This document shows positions 50,223 to 50,891 of a DNA stretch of 50,891 nucleotides, in pieces. The DNA is from Octopus bimaculoides (Eukaryota): assembly GCF_001194135.2 (NCBI RefSeq), contig NC_069003.1, positions 27,886,991-27,937,881 on the forward strand, read 5' to 3'. Within the stretch, counting starts at the first letter, position 1, and each line of letters begins with the position of its first letter. The notes under the pieces were generated by a model that worked only from the letters and a program-made list of their open reading frames with translations, had not been told where the DNA came from and searched no databases. A program made the translations under genes and the position numbers.

Positions 50223-50353
50223 TATATATATAGATATATATGTATGTATTGTGTGTATGTGTGTATATACTTATATCTGAATATGTGTATGTGTGTGTAT
50301 ATATATATCTATGCATATATATGTGTACATATATATATGTATATATATGTGTG

Positions 50354-50402
<49 letters not shown>

Positions 50403-50838
50403 GTATGTATGAAAGGAAAATGGTTGATCCATGGTGCAGGTGACAGCAATACTTTAAGGTGATGTCAGATGAAGAAAGATATCAAATTGTTAACTTAGAT
50501 GGTAGAATGTTTGGCATTTCTGACAAGATGATATAATAACCAATACAGCACACTTCTCCCCTACCCCACCCTTTCCATGATAGCATGCAGTAATTGATTA
50601 TTTTAAAATGGGGATATTATTCATTGTTCCAGTGTGTGTGTATGTGTGTGTATAGGCATGTGCGATGACTATGTCCTAAGGTATTGACTCATTGAAGCTC
50701 TTTCAATTTTAAGTCAGGTTTTGGATAATTTTCTTACAATGAAATTCTTAATTATAGCAAGAACAAATTAGTGTACAACTACATCAGTATCTGTGTCAGC
50801 AGATGCATAGTTTAAAAAACACATACATACATATGTAC

Positions 50839-50891
<53 letters not shown>

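Overview
This is AT-rich, gapped eukaryotic DNA. It is dominated by (TA)n/(TG)n/(ATCT)n microsatellites, tRNA-derived SINEs, RTE-clade LINE 3' ends, mariner remnants and TTAA-flanked MITEs. That repeat landscape matches a cephalopod genome, most likely Octopus (inferred from repeat families, not checked by search). I see no complete protein-coding gene. Almost all ORFs in the supplied track are microsatellite, low-complexity or N-gap artefacts. The only securely recognisable coding sequences are transposon remnants (mariner transposase, RTE ORF2). The window reads like intronic or intergenic DNA with scattered, unverified small-exon candidates on both strands. Main leads: (1) a tRNA-headed SINE with an (AAT)n linker, flanked by inverted arms; the readable arm carries a degenerate Penelope-type minimal hammerhead ribozyme motif (25.1-25.5 kb), suggesting a ribozyme-bearing, Penelope-mobilised SINE; (2) a textbook zero-length recursive-splice site (AG|GTAAGT) with a 25-nt cryptic exon at 39.33 kb; (3) microexon candidates, including an 8-nt one with strong splice sites; (4) long palindromic elements and inverted SINE pairs that would form dsRNA substrates for A-to-I editing; (5) an RFX X-box near a candidate first exon.
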